A stretch of DNA of 63,942 nucleotides, the filler included, from Octopus bimaculoides (lineage: Eukaryota): assembly GCF_001194135.2 (NCBI RefSeq). It is 5 parts of 5 records of this genome, joined end to end, with 100 filler letters (N's around TTAATTAATTAA, not from the genome) between each part and the next. Parts side by side here need not be neighbours in the genome. Positions count along the whole stretch, not along the records: positions 1 to 27,152 come from NC_069000.1; positions 27,253 to 48,107 come from NC_068992.1; 3 more parts are not named here. One strand, 5' to 3'. Of the stretch, positions 23,091-37,479 are shown in pieces (positions within the stretch are counted from its first letter, which is position 1; each line of letters starts with the position of its first letter). The notes under the pieces were generated by a model that saw nothing but the letters and a program-made list of their open reading frames with translations, had not been told where the DNA came from and searched no databases. The position numbers were made by a program, and so were the translations under genes.

Positions 23091-25742
23091 AAATATATAT
23101 ATATATATATATATATTTATTGGCATTAACTCATATTTGAGTAGTTAATCTGTTGTGAGTGACTGAGTAATTCCATCCTGATGGGTGTAAAGGATGCTGG
23201 TGCCTGAGGTGGCTGTTCAGTCCAATGGACTTGGTAGATAGAAACTGAAAGAAGCCCATTGTTGCGAAATTTTTTTCTGGAGAACATTATTTTTCTTTGT
23301 GGTTGGGTCATTGATGACCTCTTTCTAGCATATCAGATGTCCACTTGGTGTACATCCGATATGCTAGAAAGCATGTATATATATATATATATATGTATGT
23401 ATGTGTGTGTATATGTTTGTGTGTCTGTTTGTCCCCCCAACATCGCTTGACAGCCGATGCTGGTGTGTTTACGTCCCCGTAACTTAGCGGTTTGGCAAAA
23501 GAGACTGACAGAATAAGTACTAGGCTTCCAAAGAATAAGTCCTGGGGTCGATTTGCTTGACTAAAGGCGGTGCTCTAGCATAGCCACAGTCAAATGACTG
23601 AAACAAGTAAAAGAGTAAAGAGTATAATAATAATAATAATAATGAAATGCACTGTAGAGCCCCTACAGAAAGTTTGTCTCTTAGGGGTAGCAAAAATTAT
23701 TAGGAGGGTTTCAAGCACTTGAAAGACTACTGAAAACTTGTGGACACCTAAAGTCACAGCTAGTAACCTGCTACTCACACAAATCCTACCAGGAATAAGA
23801 CCGAACCTGAGTCAAACCAAATAATAATAGCTTCTAATTTAGGTACAGGACCACCAATTTACCTTCAATGTACCTCTTAGCACCTTGTAAAACTAAGAAC
23901 ACATTGGAGAATGTAGTTCAAGATATAGAAAATGTTGAAATGACTATTGCTGGAAATTCTTTGATCAGAGGTCCATTTAGTAAGAGAGGACCTGGGGGCA
24001 AACAGTATATAAAAAAAAACAGGTTAATATTTAACTAGCGGGGCCTGTGAATATTTCACAAAATTAATGTTAAACCCATTGGGTTATTTCTGTAAACTTT
24101 ATCCAAAAAACCTGAAAGCATAGCCTGTGTTGTGTCTATATCAAAGATAGACGCTCATCTTTACTCATTGAAAAGTGAAAGAAATTGGAATATGATGATT
24201 ACTTAATGCACTTTATATATATATATATACTTTATATACTTTATGCACAATTTTACAGACTTAATACACAGTACTCATAAAATAAATATTCACTCTTATT
24301 TTTTCCATTTTCCCCATAAACAAAACAAAAAAAATATCCCGTAATATGATACAACCTTTAGTTAAATTGCATATATCTGCCATGTAAGTAAGCTTGAATA
24401 TTTCACTGAATTGCACTTAGGCACATGCGTTAAGTGATAGATGATATGAAACAAACTTTGTTGAATTTTAAAAATACACTTTTCACTATGCAATTACCAC
24501 CACCACCACCACCATGATCTCTTTCTGTCCCCCTCTCTCTCCTCCTCTCTTTCTTACTTCCTTTCTCTCTCTCCTCTCTCTCACTCTGCCTTTCTTCAAC
24601 TTCACTATCAGAACATCACCCCTCTGCTAAAATTATATTTTTAACTTCCCTCCTCTACCTTCAATTAACTTTTTTAGCCACATAATAAATATTATGTTCC
24701 CCCCACCTCACGTCATGGATGCTTCTCTCTCCCTCTTTTCTTTTCTCCTTCTTTCTGTCTCACTCTTTGCCTTATCCTCTTTTTCTCCTGTGTAGAACCA
24801 AATTTTTATCTCTTGGGAGGGTCATTATGCCAATAATAAACACACACACTGTTTCAACTTCTTTGTCATTTTTTATTTCTTTTGTCATTTTTTTGCCTAT
24901 TTAACCAACTACCTAATCAGTTGCTTGATTAATCATTTAGTTAATAAATCACTCAGCTGTGTTTATAAAAATCTTCATTTGTTGCCATTCATGACAACTT
25001 CAATGCTTTAGGTCTGAAGCTGACCTGGAATAGAGAGGGCATGTTTTTAAAGAGGTTGTAAATAGTGAGAAAAGGATTTTGACAAACATAGCTGACTGGT
25101 CAATGAATAAGTTGGTTAAATGAATAACCAATCATCAAATAAAGAAGAAGTAAAATTGAACCTGTGCATGTCTTTGTTATTAGCATAATGATCTTCCTAA
25201 GATTAAAAAATTGTTACTGTCAATCACATATTGTCAAATCTTACAGCCAAATATCTAGGCATATAGTAAATTGTTACTGTTCAATAATGATATGTTATCA
25301 ATTGTTGTTGGCAAATAATTATATATATACATATGAGTGTGTGTATGTGTGTGTGTGTGTGTGTGTATATATATCATCATCATCAATATACATATATGCA
25401 CATACATACATACACCCACAGATATGCATACACAAATACACAGACCCAAACATATATGTATGCACCATATATATGCACAGACATGCAGAGAGATACTTAT
25501 GTGTACATATCCACACAAATATGCACATGCGCATGCATACAAAGAAATATATGTGTATATACATATATATATATGTGTGTGTGTGTACACACACACACAT
25601 GCACCCCCCCCCCACATATATATGTACACATGCACACATATACATGCCCGCAGATATACACCCATACACAGGTATATACATAGACTCACACATTCATACA
25701 CACACCCCCATACATAGATACCTATATATGCATATGCACTTA

Positions 25743-25786
<44 letters not shown>

Positions 25787-26962
25787 AGCATATATATAGA
25801 TAAATATAGATATAGATATATATATACAGACACACACATACTTATATGCATACACATACGGACACCCACATATACTAACCTTTATAAGTATCGCGTATAC
25901 ACACCTACACACAAAGCCATTTATATCAATAAATAGCATGCCAAGGGGCAGACTAATGTGTGGTATGAAGAGGATGGAAATAAAAGGATATAGAAAAAAA
26001 CAGATAAAGNNNNNNNNNNNNNNNNNNNNNNNNNNNNNNNNNNNNNNNNNNNNNNNNNNNNNNNNNNNNNNNNNNNNNNNNNNNNNNNNNNNNNNNNNNN
26101 NNNNNNNNNNNNNNNNNNNNNNNNNNNNNNNNNNNNNNNNNNNNNNNNNNNNNNNNNNNNNNNNNNNNNNNNNNNNNNNNNNNNNNNNNNNNNNNNNNNN
26201 NNNNNNNNNNNNNNNNNNNNNNNNNNNNNNNNNNNNNNNNNNNNNNNNNTGTGTGGTATGAAGAGGATGGAAATAAAAGGATATAGAAAAAAACAGATAA
26301 AGCAATGGCCACGAAGCAGCGGAAATAAAAATTTAAGATGGATTATTTCTGCAGCAGGTATGTATGCCTCCATATTTGAGGTGTATATAACTCAAGATGT
26401 ACTTGTGTCCTAGGTAAGATGGGATAGTGATTTCATATGTAGTGGACTCTGATCGGTAATAGAAACAAAATAATTGAGAGAAATATATGTAGATACATGA
26501 AGAAAGAAGAAAAAATTATTGAATAATGTCAAGGATCAATTGAGAAAGGAAAAATGAAAAACATAATGGTAAAAACTCGTGTTATAATCTGCAGTGTCCA
26601 TGAGCTGGGGGTGTGTATAGATCTTAGATTGGGTCTCAGTGGGGGGTATGGTATATAAAATATGTCAATTCCATTCCATAAGTTAAAAATAAAGGTGGGA
26701 ATAGAAATTAGAAATAGAAACATCTCGAAAGTGTAATACATCTGGGGAGAGGGAACAAAAAAATATATATATATTTCAAAACTCATGTTGGATCAGGCGA
26801 AATGTGAAAAACTATGAATTATAAAATCAACAGCTTATAAAAATATATATTATTTTGGGAGGTTGAAACCTGGAAAAGAATGGTAGGAAGGCAGTCACCA
26901 ATAAGACCAAAAGAAATAAGAAGAGTTTTGGAATATAATCTATAGAAAAAAATTCACAGAAA

Positions 26963-27152
26963 GGCATAGGAGTGGCTGTGTGGTAAGTAGCTTGCTTACC
27001 AACCACATGGCTCTGGGTTCAGTCCCACTGCGTGGCACCTTGGGCAAGTGTCTTCTACTATAGCCTCGGGCCGACCAAAGCCTTGTGAGTGGATTTGGTA
27101 AGAAGCCCATCGTATATATATATATGTGTGTGTGTGTGTTTGCCCCCCCCCC
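26963..27152 (+). mobile_element. Young SINE family A copy, cut by an assembly linker
   Basis: Intact head and core with CpGs retained. Confidence 0.85.
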
Positions 27153-27252
27153 NNNNNNNNNNNNNNNNNNNNNNNNNNNNNNNNNNNNNNNNNNNNTTAA
27201 TTAATTAANNNNNNNNNNNNNNNNNNNNNNNNNNNNNNNNNNNNNNNNNNNN
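27153..27252. other. Artificial scaffold-joining linker (44 N + TTAATTAATTAA + 44 N)
   Basis: Exactly 100 bp with stops in all six frames; the identical structure occurs four times. Confidence 0.95.
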
Positions 27253-27937
27253 CCACCCTCCCTCCTACCACCCTCCCTCCTACCACCCATCTCCCCCCTC
27301 CTGCTCCGACTCCTACTTCTCTGTACGTCTCTTCACCTCTCTTCACTCCTACTTCACTTCACTCCTACCTCTCTTCATTCCTACTCCTCTTCATTCCTAC
27401 TTCTCTTCACTCCTACTTCTCTTCACTCCTACTTCTCTTCCTACTTCTCTTCATTCCTACTTCTCTTCACTCCTACTTCTCTTCACTCCTACTCCTCTTC
27501 CTACTTCTCTTCACTCCCACTTCTCTTGACCCCTACTCTTTCTCTCATCTCTCTTACTCTCTTACTCTCTCTCACTCTCTTCTCTCTTACTCTCCCCTCT
27601 CTCACTCTTAATCTCTACACTCTTACTCTCTTACTCTCTCACCCTTACTGTCTTACTCTCTCTCACTCTCTTCTCTCTTTCCCTCTCTCTCACTCTCTTC
27701 TGTCTCACTCTCTTTCTCTTCCTATCTTCCTCCCCCTCCCATACCCACCTTCCCCTACTCTTACATCCACCTTCCCCTTCCCCTTTCATCGTCAACCCCT
27801 CCTCATAAGCTCATCCCACCACACCTCAACAGGCTCCTACTCTACCTTCCCACTCCACCCCATCCAATTCCTTACAACCACCACCCACCCCTACCCAAAT
27901 ACCCCTACCCAAATACCCCTACCCAAATACCCCTACC
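27253..27937. repeat. Pyrimidine-rich minisatellite (CACTCCTACTTCTCTT-type units), then CCCTACCCAAATA repeats
   Basis: Direct inspection. Confidence 0.9.
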
Positions 27938-30029
27938 NNNNNNNNNNNNNNNNNNNNNNNNNNNNNNNNNNNNNNNNNNNNNNNNNNNNNNNNNNNNNNN
28001 NNNNNNNNNNNNNNNNNNNNNNNNNNNNNNNNNNNNNNNNNNNNNNNNNNNNNNNNNNNNNNNNNNNNNNNNNNNNNNNNNNNNNNNNNNNNNNNNNNNN
28101 NNNNNNNNNNNNNNNNNNNNNNNNNNNNNNNNNNNNNNNNNNNNNNNNNNNNNNNNNNNNNNNNNNNNNNNNNNNNNNNNNNNNNNNNNNNNNNNNNNNN
28201 NNNNNNNNNNNNNNNNNNNNNNNNNNNNNNNNNNNNNNNNNNNNNNNNNNNNNNNNNNNNNNNNNNNNNNNNNNNNNNNNNNNNNNNNNNNNNNNNNNNN
28301 NNNNNNNNNNNNNNNNNNNNNNNNNNNNNNNNNNNNNNNNNNNNNNNNNNNNNNNNNNNNNNNNNNNNNNNNNNNNNNNNNNNNNNNNNNNNNNNNNNNN
28401 NNNNNNNNNNNNNNNNNNNNNNNNNNNNNNNNNNNNNNNNNNNNNNNNNNNNNNNNNNNNNNNNNNNNNNNNNNNNNNNNNNNNNNNNNNNNNNNNNNNN
28501 NNNNNNNNNNNNNNNNNNNNNNNNNNNNNNNNNNNNNNNNNNNNNNNNNNNNNNNNNNNNNATAGATAGAAGCATGCAGGTGAATATGGTACTTAAGTTT
28601 AGACACTAGAATTTAGTACAGTATTATTCATACAGTTTCAAAATATGGTGATTGAAATTAAAATGAGCGACAATGATAGACAAAGTTAATGCAGTACGAT
28701 CGTCCAATTTAATGAGCAATGTAAACCTTACATCAAATATAAAATGTAAAGCAATTTTCAGCTGCACAAAAATATAGAAATTTAATGAAATTACATTTGA
28801 ACAGAAGGACATATTTGTATAATTAAATCTAAACTCTCCAAGTAGAAAGGAGGAATGCAGAAAAAAAATCATTTTGACTTAGCCAGACCATACAGGCTAG
28901 TAAATAATTCTAAGCAGATTTCAACTGTCACTGATTTTATTTATTTATTTTTTTTGGTGGGGAGTTCTGATTTATGGACTATTTTATCAGACCTAGAGAT
29001 TCAAAGCTTAAGAGGACAATGGCATTTTCGTTTAGGGTAAGCGGTAATCAGTATAGACAGTAAACATGATTGCTATAGTTGTAAAATTTCTTAGCATTCG
29101 GTGACAAACTACTCTAGGGGTAGGGGTCCTCTACCAGAAGACCAGTTTATAATGAAACAAGGGAAGTCTTATCATATAGCACCTAGGTCACACGTATAAA
29201 AGATAAAAAAAATTAAGTTACTATATTGTATAGCGATACAGTAAATGATTATTCATAGTTTTCATTAATCAGAATAATATATCAGTATTGTTTCGCATAT
29301 GCTAAATTTGAAATACTTGGGAAACCAATATTTCCTTAAAAGGCTAATTATAAAGTAATAATGAAATAAAATGAAATAGTGTATAATGTAAATAATCAAT
29401 TAAGGCAGTATACAATAAATAATGAAGTGGCATTACCTTAAAATACTATGGTAAAGTATATTTAGACTTATTTACACCGATATGAAAGACACTTAGATAA
29501 GATGTGAAATTAAAATTTATATATATATTGGACTAAAATTTCAAGATTAAACTTGTATGTCTAATACCATTAAAAGGACACATAAGAAATAAATTTATTA
29601 TACAGTTAATATAAAGAATACATTGGATTTATACGGTATATAATAATCGAGTCATCAAGATTTAAGAAACTGATAAAATGAACGATTGAAATTAACATAG
29701 TATATAATGGTGAGCTAAACTATTATTAGAGAACATGATAATTATGTACTAATTTAATTAGATTGCAATGTCTTAAATTATCAGAAACTTGTATTAACTA
29801 ACATAGGCTAAGTACAAAATAATAATGGAATAAGGATTAGATTTATTTAAGCCACCCATAAATAACAGTGATAATACTACAACAGCAATAAAATAACATG
29901 AATCATTTAGGGTCAGGCATGAACTAAAATTTTAAAAGATTTTAAAACTATAAAAAAAATTCAAACATCCTATTCTTTAAAGGTAAGTAAAATACATACT
30001 AAACTAACAGCAATAGCAAATGTGATATG

Positions 30030-33010
30030 GAAAAGCTAACCTGTCGTATCTCTTGACTTTTCTTTCTTCCTTATCACATAACTTGTTGAGAGCTGGGCAT
30101 GCTATATCTATGAATCGGCATAGTTTGTTTTCTTTCTCAGTTAAAACTATGTTTGGCTTCCTATTCTCTATCTCATCGTCGCACTGAATTATAAAATCAC
30201 ATAGGATCTTTGCATTTCTTTTTTCGACGATGTCTTCAGGTTTGTGGTCGTACCAATTTTTTGCTCTGTCAAGTCCATACTTGATGCAAAGTGTCCAATG
30301 GACAAGCCTGGCTATATTGTCGTGGCGTCTCTTATATTCTTTCCGGGTTAGTGGTGTACAATGCCTGGTACTATGCTATACGGTTTCACCGTTTTGTCCA
30401 CAGATTCTGCACTTATCACTTTCTATTCTGTATTTCATGTAGTTTGTTCTCAGTACTTGCACTTGGGCAACACAGATTAAAGCCTCGGTTTCCGGTTTTA
30501 AACCACTTTCAATCAGCCACAGACATTTTTTCTCTGTCTGCCTTATCTTCAACATCCCTATGAAATTGACCATGCATTCTTATCTTTACCTACATATCTT
30601 CAGTTTCATTCGTTTTAGATTTCTTGTATGGTGCTTTATCTTTGCAATCTTTCATTCAACACAAGCCTGACCTTCTTACGTCTAATTATAGCTGTTCTGT
30701 GACATTTTTACATGCCATGTTACGTTGTTTTCTTCTGCTATAATGCTGTGTTCACATCCAATAACTCCTTTTCTTCTTTTTTTCTTGGTACATACAGTCT
30801 GTCTGTGTCACTTTTTGGGTGGAGTGACCCACATCTAGTTAGCATCTTCCTTGTCTTTCGGTATAAGTTGTTTAGTTCTACTGTCCTTGCGATTACCCCT
30901 GCTGCATATCTAAATAGTGAAACTTCCCAGGTGGTGCTGATAGCTTCGATCTTATTCCGTCGTTTATTTTGACTTAAGTGTCAGTCTCAGTTTGCCCAAG
31001 TACTCCACCTTAATTTTTCTCTCATTTCTTTCTCCATCAATTTATCCATTTGCAAAACCCCAAGTACTATAGCGCGTCTCTTCTATCTGTTTCATAACCT
31101 GCCCCAACGGTATCGTTAGCCTGTCCATACATTTCATTCTGCCTCTCTGCAAGACTAATACACTACACTTTCGCAGACCGAAATCCATTCTTTTATCAGC
31201 ACTGAAGGTATACACCGTATCAACGCGGGAAGATAAAATTTGAGGTCATCCATGAATAACAAATGGTTGACTTATTGTTGGTGGCTTTTGAGTACATACC
31301 CAGCATTTGCTTTCCTCAGAATTAGTGTTAGTAGAATCAAGCACAGTACAAAGATCAGTGGGGACAGGCACTGCCGCTGGAAGATGCCCCTCCTAATTTC
31401 TACTGTCCCTAAACCTCTTACGTATGCTCTCAGGTCCGTTCTCCAATTCCCCATACAATTTCCAAGCAATCGCGCTCAACATTCCCTACAATGCCAAATA
31501 GGTTCATACACTTCATAATCCAAGAATGTGGGATTATATCCTACGCCTTACGATAGTCGATACATGACATGACTTAGATTTCCTCCTCTTGCAGTCTCTA
31601 AGCACAGTTTTGTCTACCAGGAGTTGATCCTTGATCCATCTGCACTTATGCTTACAACCCTTCTACTCATGTGGCAGGAATTAATTTCTTTCAGATGTCC
31701 GTACATTGACTGCGAGTATTCGAGTCAATAACTTCCACTTACGTGGCAAATTGGATATCGGCCTGTAATTGACTATCACATTGCCTTTTTCGATGTTTTT
31801 CAGGTACAGCACTTTTCTACTTAATGTCAACCACGCTGGCGTTACTTGGTCGGCATTTAACAAGGTGTTGAGTTGTGAATCTATTCGTGCTTGACATTCA
31901 CCAAATCTTTTGATCCAGTAGTCTTGAACTCCATTTGGTCCCGGGGCCTTCCAGTTGGTCAACTTTTTGATGATTTCCTTCACTTCATTAACTGAAATTA
32001 CTAGTTCTGCCTGTTTGGGACAGACTACTGTTTGTTTCATTTCTTGAAACCATTCAGTATCATTCTTGTGCTCCTTGTCTTGGCTCCAGATGTTACTCCA
32101 AAATGTTTGACTGTCAATGATATCTGGTTTCAACTTTTCATCTGTACGCTCTCCATTTATTTCTTTATGAAATCTCTTCCGATCTACTCTGAATAACCTA
32201 TTCTGGTGGTAACCCTTTATCTTTGGTCGTATCTTACCATCTTTTCTTTCTTTGCAACGATGCGCTGTTTCAGTTCCTTCATTACCACTTTCAGGCACTT
32301 GCTTTCTATATTATACTTCCTGGTCAGTGACCTATATTTTTGTTCGCTTTTAAGCTCGCCTTTCTCTTTTCGGTTTAACACTGAGATTTCCTTCGAGAGC
32401 ATGTCTAATCCTGCGTTTACTCTTCATACAAACCATGGGCCTTTTCTTCTGTCACTCCCAGTATTTTTCATTTTCTTGACATCAACAGCCACTTTTTCTC
32501 CTAAACAAATACATGTTGCGTTGATCAAATTTTTTGTTTATGTGGTGTTGTTTGTTCTGATGTATTTCTAAATTTCATCGACATTTTTCGGTTCTTGTTT
32601 CAATTTCCATCGATCAGCCTTTTAAATTTTGCAAATAATGTCGCTATCGTTCTCCTGTAGTATTGCCTTTATTCTGTCGTAGATTGCGTTTTGTTTATCT
32701 GTCATGTCATTTTATTGCTTTCTTTTAAACAATCTATATGTCCCTCATCAATTAAACTACACAGCCCCTTTCCTGTGCTATGAGATTACTCTTATTAATA
32801 AGAACTTTATTTTCATTGTTATCACTGCTGCGATTTTCTATGACCTGTCTTTTGATAGCTTTGAGCTCTACTTCTGTGAACCAACGATTTCAACTAACGG
32901 GCTGCTCAGGTAGCAACACTACATGACCACAGCATTAATTTGCTTGCACCATCAACGCCGTGTGTGGTGGTCCCTTTCTGGATATCGACAGGCTGGAGCC
33001 GGACAACAAT
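30030..33010 (-). mobile_element. Dead R4/Dong-like non-LTR retrotransposon (single ORF: N-terminal domain, RT, CCHC finger, REL endonuclease)
   Basis: WKAPGPNGVQDYWIK, NYRPISNLPRKWKLLT, IRRGIFQ..LSPLIFVL, VNHLLFMDDLKFY, DKCRICGQNGETV, KILCDFIIQCD..RKPNIV..IDIACP; many stops and frameshifts; 3' end truncated. Confidence 0.92.
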
Positions 33011-34006
33011 CTCTGAGCCTACTGTCACTATCATTGTCTTCAGTTGTATTACCACCGTTTTTCACAATATTTTGTTTATTCATTGTCACTCATATGAGGT
33101 AGCGATTATGAGGTGGCGCAATTACCTGTGTTTTTATAATGACTCCACTAGATGTATCATTAATCAGCCCTTGTGGGGGGGGGGGCTCCACATGTTTCCT
33201 TTCATTATTATTAATATTTTCATCGCTGATATCATTGATGTTGTTTTTTTTTGTGTAGTAGCAGCAGCGGTTGCAGTAACAGCAACAGTAGCAGTGTTGG
33301 AGGTGTAGAATGGTAGAGGTAGTGGTAAGGGTGTTAACTTGGCCCCAGATCCCTGTTCTATCATAACAGTAGTAGCTGTAGTATTATTGTAGTATTAGTA
33401 CTATTTGATATTAGCAGCTGCAGCATATTATTATTATTTCTATTATTACCATCACCACCACTGCCATTGTCATTATGATAATTGCCATTTCCATTTAATG
33501 TTATAAGATTTTACTAAATGTAATTTATTTTCTTTCAACTTTTGTCTTGTACTTGAGATCATAAATATGTGGTTGCTGGAGGAAATATTTTTGTAGCAGG
33601 TTGGTGAATAAATCATATTCTACGGGTCTATAAATAGACTCGGCAGATGCTGGGGAGATCAGCCATAGAGACAAAAGAATCTTCGCACTCTTTGGGTCAG
33701 CAGAGGTCAAATGTGCTCACTACTAACAGTGGTCACTGAGAGTACTGGCTCTTATTGTACACACACACACACAGAGACGTATATATATATANNNNNNNNN
33801 NNNNNNNNNNNNNNNNNNNNNNNNNNNNNNNNNNNNNNNNNNNNNNNNNNNNNNNNNNNNNNNNNNNNNNNNNNNNNNNNNNNNNNNNNNNNNNNNNNNN
33901 NNNNNNNNNNNNNNNNNNNNNNNNNNNNNNNNNNNNNNNNNNNNNNNNNNNNNNNNNNNNNNNNNNNNNNNNNNNNNNNNNNNNNNNNNNNNNNNNNNNN
34001 NNNNNN

Positions 34007-34039
<33 letters not shown>

Positions 34040-34080
34040 TGTATACATAGTCATGTGGTTGAATTTCTGAATTTCTGAAT

Positions 34081-34900
34081 TCAATTGTGTTGTTGCAATA
34101 AAATCTGTGTTTACGAATTTGTGTTAATATATTAAAGCTTTTAAGTGTTCTTGAGATGTTTGTTTGTCTACCCAGTTGGAGAATACAGTAGGACCTTTGC
34201 AATGAAAAGGATGATTATATTTTCGAATACTCAGTGAGAGTCAAAAAAGAAAGAAAAGAAGTTGTTGATAGTAAAGTATAAAGATTTACTAAGCATGGTC
34301 AGTTGCATGACCGCACAAATTGAAATAGAAGTGTTCTTAGAATAAAATGAAAAGGATGTTTACAGTTTCGAATACTCAGGAAGAATGGAAAGGATAGGTA
34401 TTCACACAGTAGCTGTAGATATTAAAGATAATTTTTAAAGCTGATCGTTTTTGCATTCGAAAGCTGTAGGTATGTAAGTTTCCTAACTTATTTTATGTTG
34501 GGGGAGCTTTAAAATATGCACAGGAAATTGTTGATATTTCAGTCTTTGAGAATAGTAGGAGGAAGAGATGTTGGATTTTTGAATTTCTGAATTTCTTTAC
34601 CTTTTCTTATGGAATTTTTCTTTCCTTTTTAAAATTTTTGCTGAGCTTTACAGGTTTTTTAGTTGTGTAGTATGGATATATTAGCAGGTGCTTACTTCCT
34701 TAATTTTTTATCATGAAATTAATTGTGTTGTTACAATAAGAGACGTGTTTACATATTCTGTTAGTCATTGAAGACGGAAAGACAAAATGTTCACACAAAA
34801 TTGGAGATATTAAAATTTCTAAATTTTTGAGATGTTCGTTTGTATGCCCGTTCACAGAAAGCTGTAGTGTTTTTTACTATAAAAAAGGATGTTTACATCT
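34081..34900. repeat. Degenerate tandem/satellite-like array
   Basis: AATTGTGTTGTT(G/A)CAATAA at ~34083 and ~34721; TTGAGATGTT(T/C)GTTTGT at ~34150 and ~34826; AAAAGGATG(A/T)TTA at ~34205, ~34350 and ~34883. Confidence 0.65.
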
Positions 34901-34907
34901 TCTTCTT

Positions 34908-34985
34908 CTTCTTCTTCTTCTTCTTCTTCTTCTTCTTCTTCTTCTTCTTCTTCTTCTTCTTCTTCTTCTGCTTCTTCTTCTTCTT

Positions 34986-35016
<31 letters not shown>

Positions 35017-35033
35017 AAATAATAATAATAATA

Positions 35034-35119
<86 letters not shown>

Positions 35120-35120
35120 T
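34908..35120. repeat. (CTT)n followed by back-to-back (AAT)n(ATT)n
   Basis: Direct inspection. Confidence 0.95.
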
Positions 35121-35872
35121 NNNNNNNNNNTTAAAATCTATATCTCTAATTATATAGTTATTATGTAACTGTAATCTTGTTTGCATAGATAGATACATGC
35201 ATACATGCATACTTGCAGGTATGCATGTATGCATCCATCCATCCATCCATCCATCCATACATACATTCATACATACATACATACCTACGTACATACATAC
35301 ATACCTACATACATGCATACATGATTACATACATATATACACGCGTCTATGTGTATGTACATTCACACAAATAAACACATACAGAGGTAGACAGACAGGA
35401 AAATATGAATATATATATAGATAGATAACTATGCAGATAGATGGCTAGAAAGAAAAGCAGACAGGCAGATAGAGAGATATATTCGTAGGTGTTTTAAGTC
35501 ATTTACTGAATATTTACTACTACAACTATGTGTTCTGATATCTATAGTTTGTGGCACACAGCCTTAGAAATGATTGCTCTTCCCATTATCTCTTGTAATT
35601 TGCACAATTGCTCTTCTTAATATAAACAGAGAAATGTTATATAACTATGCATTTCTTTATCATTTAAATAATATATAAACTCCATTAGAGGTAATTACAA
35701 CGTTTACAAAATTGAGTGTATCTTTAGTATTAACCTTAAAATTCTTCCAGGCCATACATTTAGATATTTTTGTTAATGTACCGTCCAATTCGTGGCATAC
35801 ATTTCATTCCAACATTTATTAAAACACTTTAAAATGAAGTGGTGAATTCTCTTCAGTAATCGCGGTTATTCA

Positions 35873-36150
35873 TGAGTGTTGTTGTTGACACTCCGTCACT
35901 TACGACGTCGAGGGTTCCAGTTGATCCGATCAACGGAACAGCCTGCTCGCGAAATTAACGTGCACGTGGCTGAGCACTCCACAGACACGTGTACCCTTAA
36001 CGTAGTTCTCGGGGAGATTCAGCGTGACACAGAGTGTGACAAGGCTGGCCCTCTGAAATACAGGTACAACAGAAACAGGAAGAAAGAGTGAGAGAAAGTT
36101 GTGGTGAAAGAGTACAGCAAGGTTCGTCACCATCCCCTGCGAGAGCCTCG
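35873..36150 (-). mobile_element. SINE family C copy, 3' part
   Basis: Near-identical to 48208-48430. Confidence 0.85.
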
Positions 36151-37479
36151 TTCTGTTTTGCAGAGTGCTTGATCTATTTTGCTTGAGATTGGTTTCNNNN
36201 NNNNNNNNNNNNNNNNNNNNNNNNNNNNNNNNNNNNNNNNNNNNNNNNNNNNNNNNNNNNNNNNNNNNNNNNNNNNNNNNNNNNNNNNNNNNNNNNNNNN
36301 NNNNNNNNNNNNNNNNNNNNNNNNNNNNNNNNNNNNNNNNNNNNNNNNNNNNNNNNNNNNNNNNNNNNNNNNNNNNNNNNNNNNNNNNNNNNNNNNNNNN
36401 NNNNNNNNNNNNNNNNNNNNNNNNNNNNNNNNNNNNNNNNNNNNNNNNNNNNNNNNNNNNNNNNNNNNNNNNNNNNNNNNNNNNNNNNNNNNNNNNNNNN
36501 NNNNNNNNNNNNNNNNNNNNNNNNNNNNNNNNNNNNNNNNNNNNNNNNNNNNNNNNNNNNNNNNNNNNNNNNNNNNNNNNNNNNNNNNNNNNNNNNNNNN
36601 NNNNNNNNNNNNNNNNNNNNNNNNNNNNNNNNNNNNNNNNNNNNNNNNNNNNNNNNNNNNNNNNNNNNNNNNNNNNNNNNNNNNNNNNNNNNNNNNNNNN
36701 NNNNNNNNNNNNNNNNNNNNNNNNNNNNNNNNNNNNNNNNNNNNNNNNNNNNNNNNNNNNNNNNNNNNNNNNNNNNNNNNNNNTGTTGTTGTTGTTGATG
36801 TTGTTGCTGTTGTTTTGTGGTTGTTGTTGTTTTTATTATTATTTTTATTATTATTATTATTATTATTATCATCATCATCATTATTATTATTATATCAGGT
36901 TTTGTTGGAACACGTGGAGTCTTGCACGCGTAGAGTGTTTGCTGACTACATCCTTCGGTACTAACTAATATTTTCCTGTTTATTCTGACCGTGCGAAGGA
37001 AGCAAAACTTTTGTAACACTGCCACTAGTCACTCTGTTCCAATTTCTTTGATATTCCACTCGATGCCTACTGACACTGACCTCAATGACTCAACAATAAA
37101 TGGTATTATCTTACGCTTCTTCAGTTTCCATAACCGGGCTCTATCGTACACCGAAGGGTTGTATTGTCTTCTATTTTTCGCCTTCCTTTCTGACTATTCG
37201 TTGGACAAAGGGGCACACGATATCAACAACATACCACATGCGATGCATCATGTCGACCACCCATAGGTCTGGTCTGATATTCTCTAGCATATGATCTGTC
37301 AGGATTGGAAAATCCCAAAGGAACATTAATAATATTATTACCATTATTATCATTTAATTCCCCCGATGTCGACATTGCCTTTCATCCTCTCAGGGTCTAT
37401 AACCTAAGTACTAGTGAAACATTGGGATTGATGTAATCGACTAATCCTCTCCCCACAAAATTACACGTAGAAAGGATTA

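Noticed and set aside
27300-27530. Regular short-period repeats as a CRISPR-like array
   Set aside because: The units are contiguous with no unique spacers and the context is eukaryotic; this is a minisatellite.
28562-30010. Very AT-rich 1.4-kb stretch as a gene or organellar insertion
   Set aside because: There is no sustained ORF or recognisable mitochondrial/rRNA motif on either strand.
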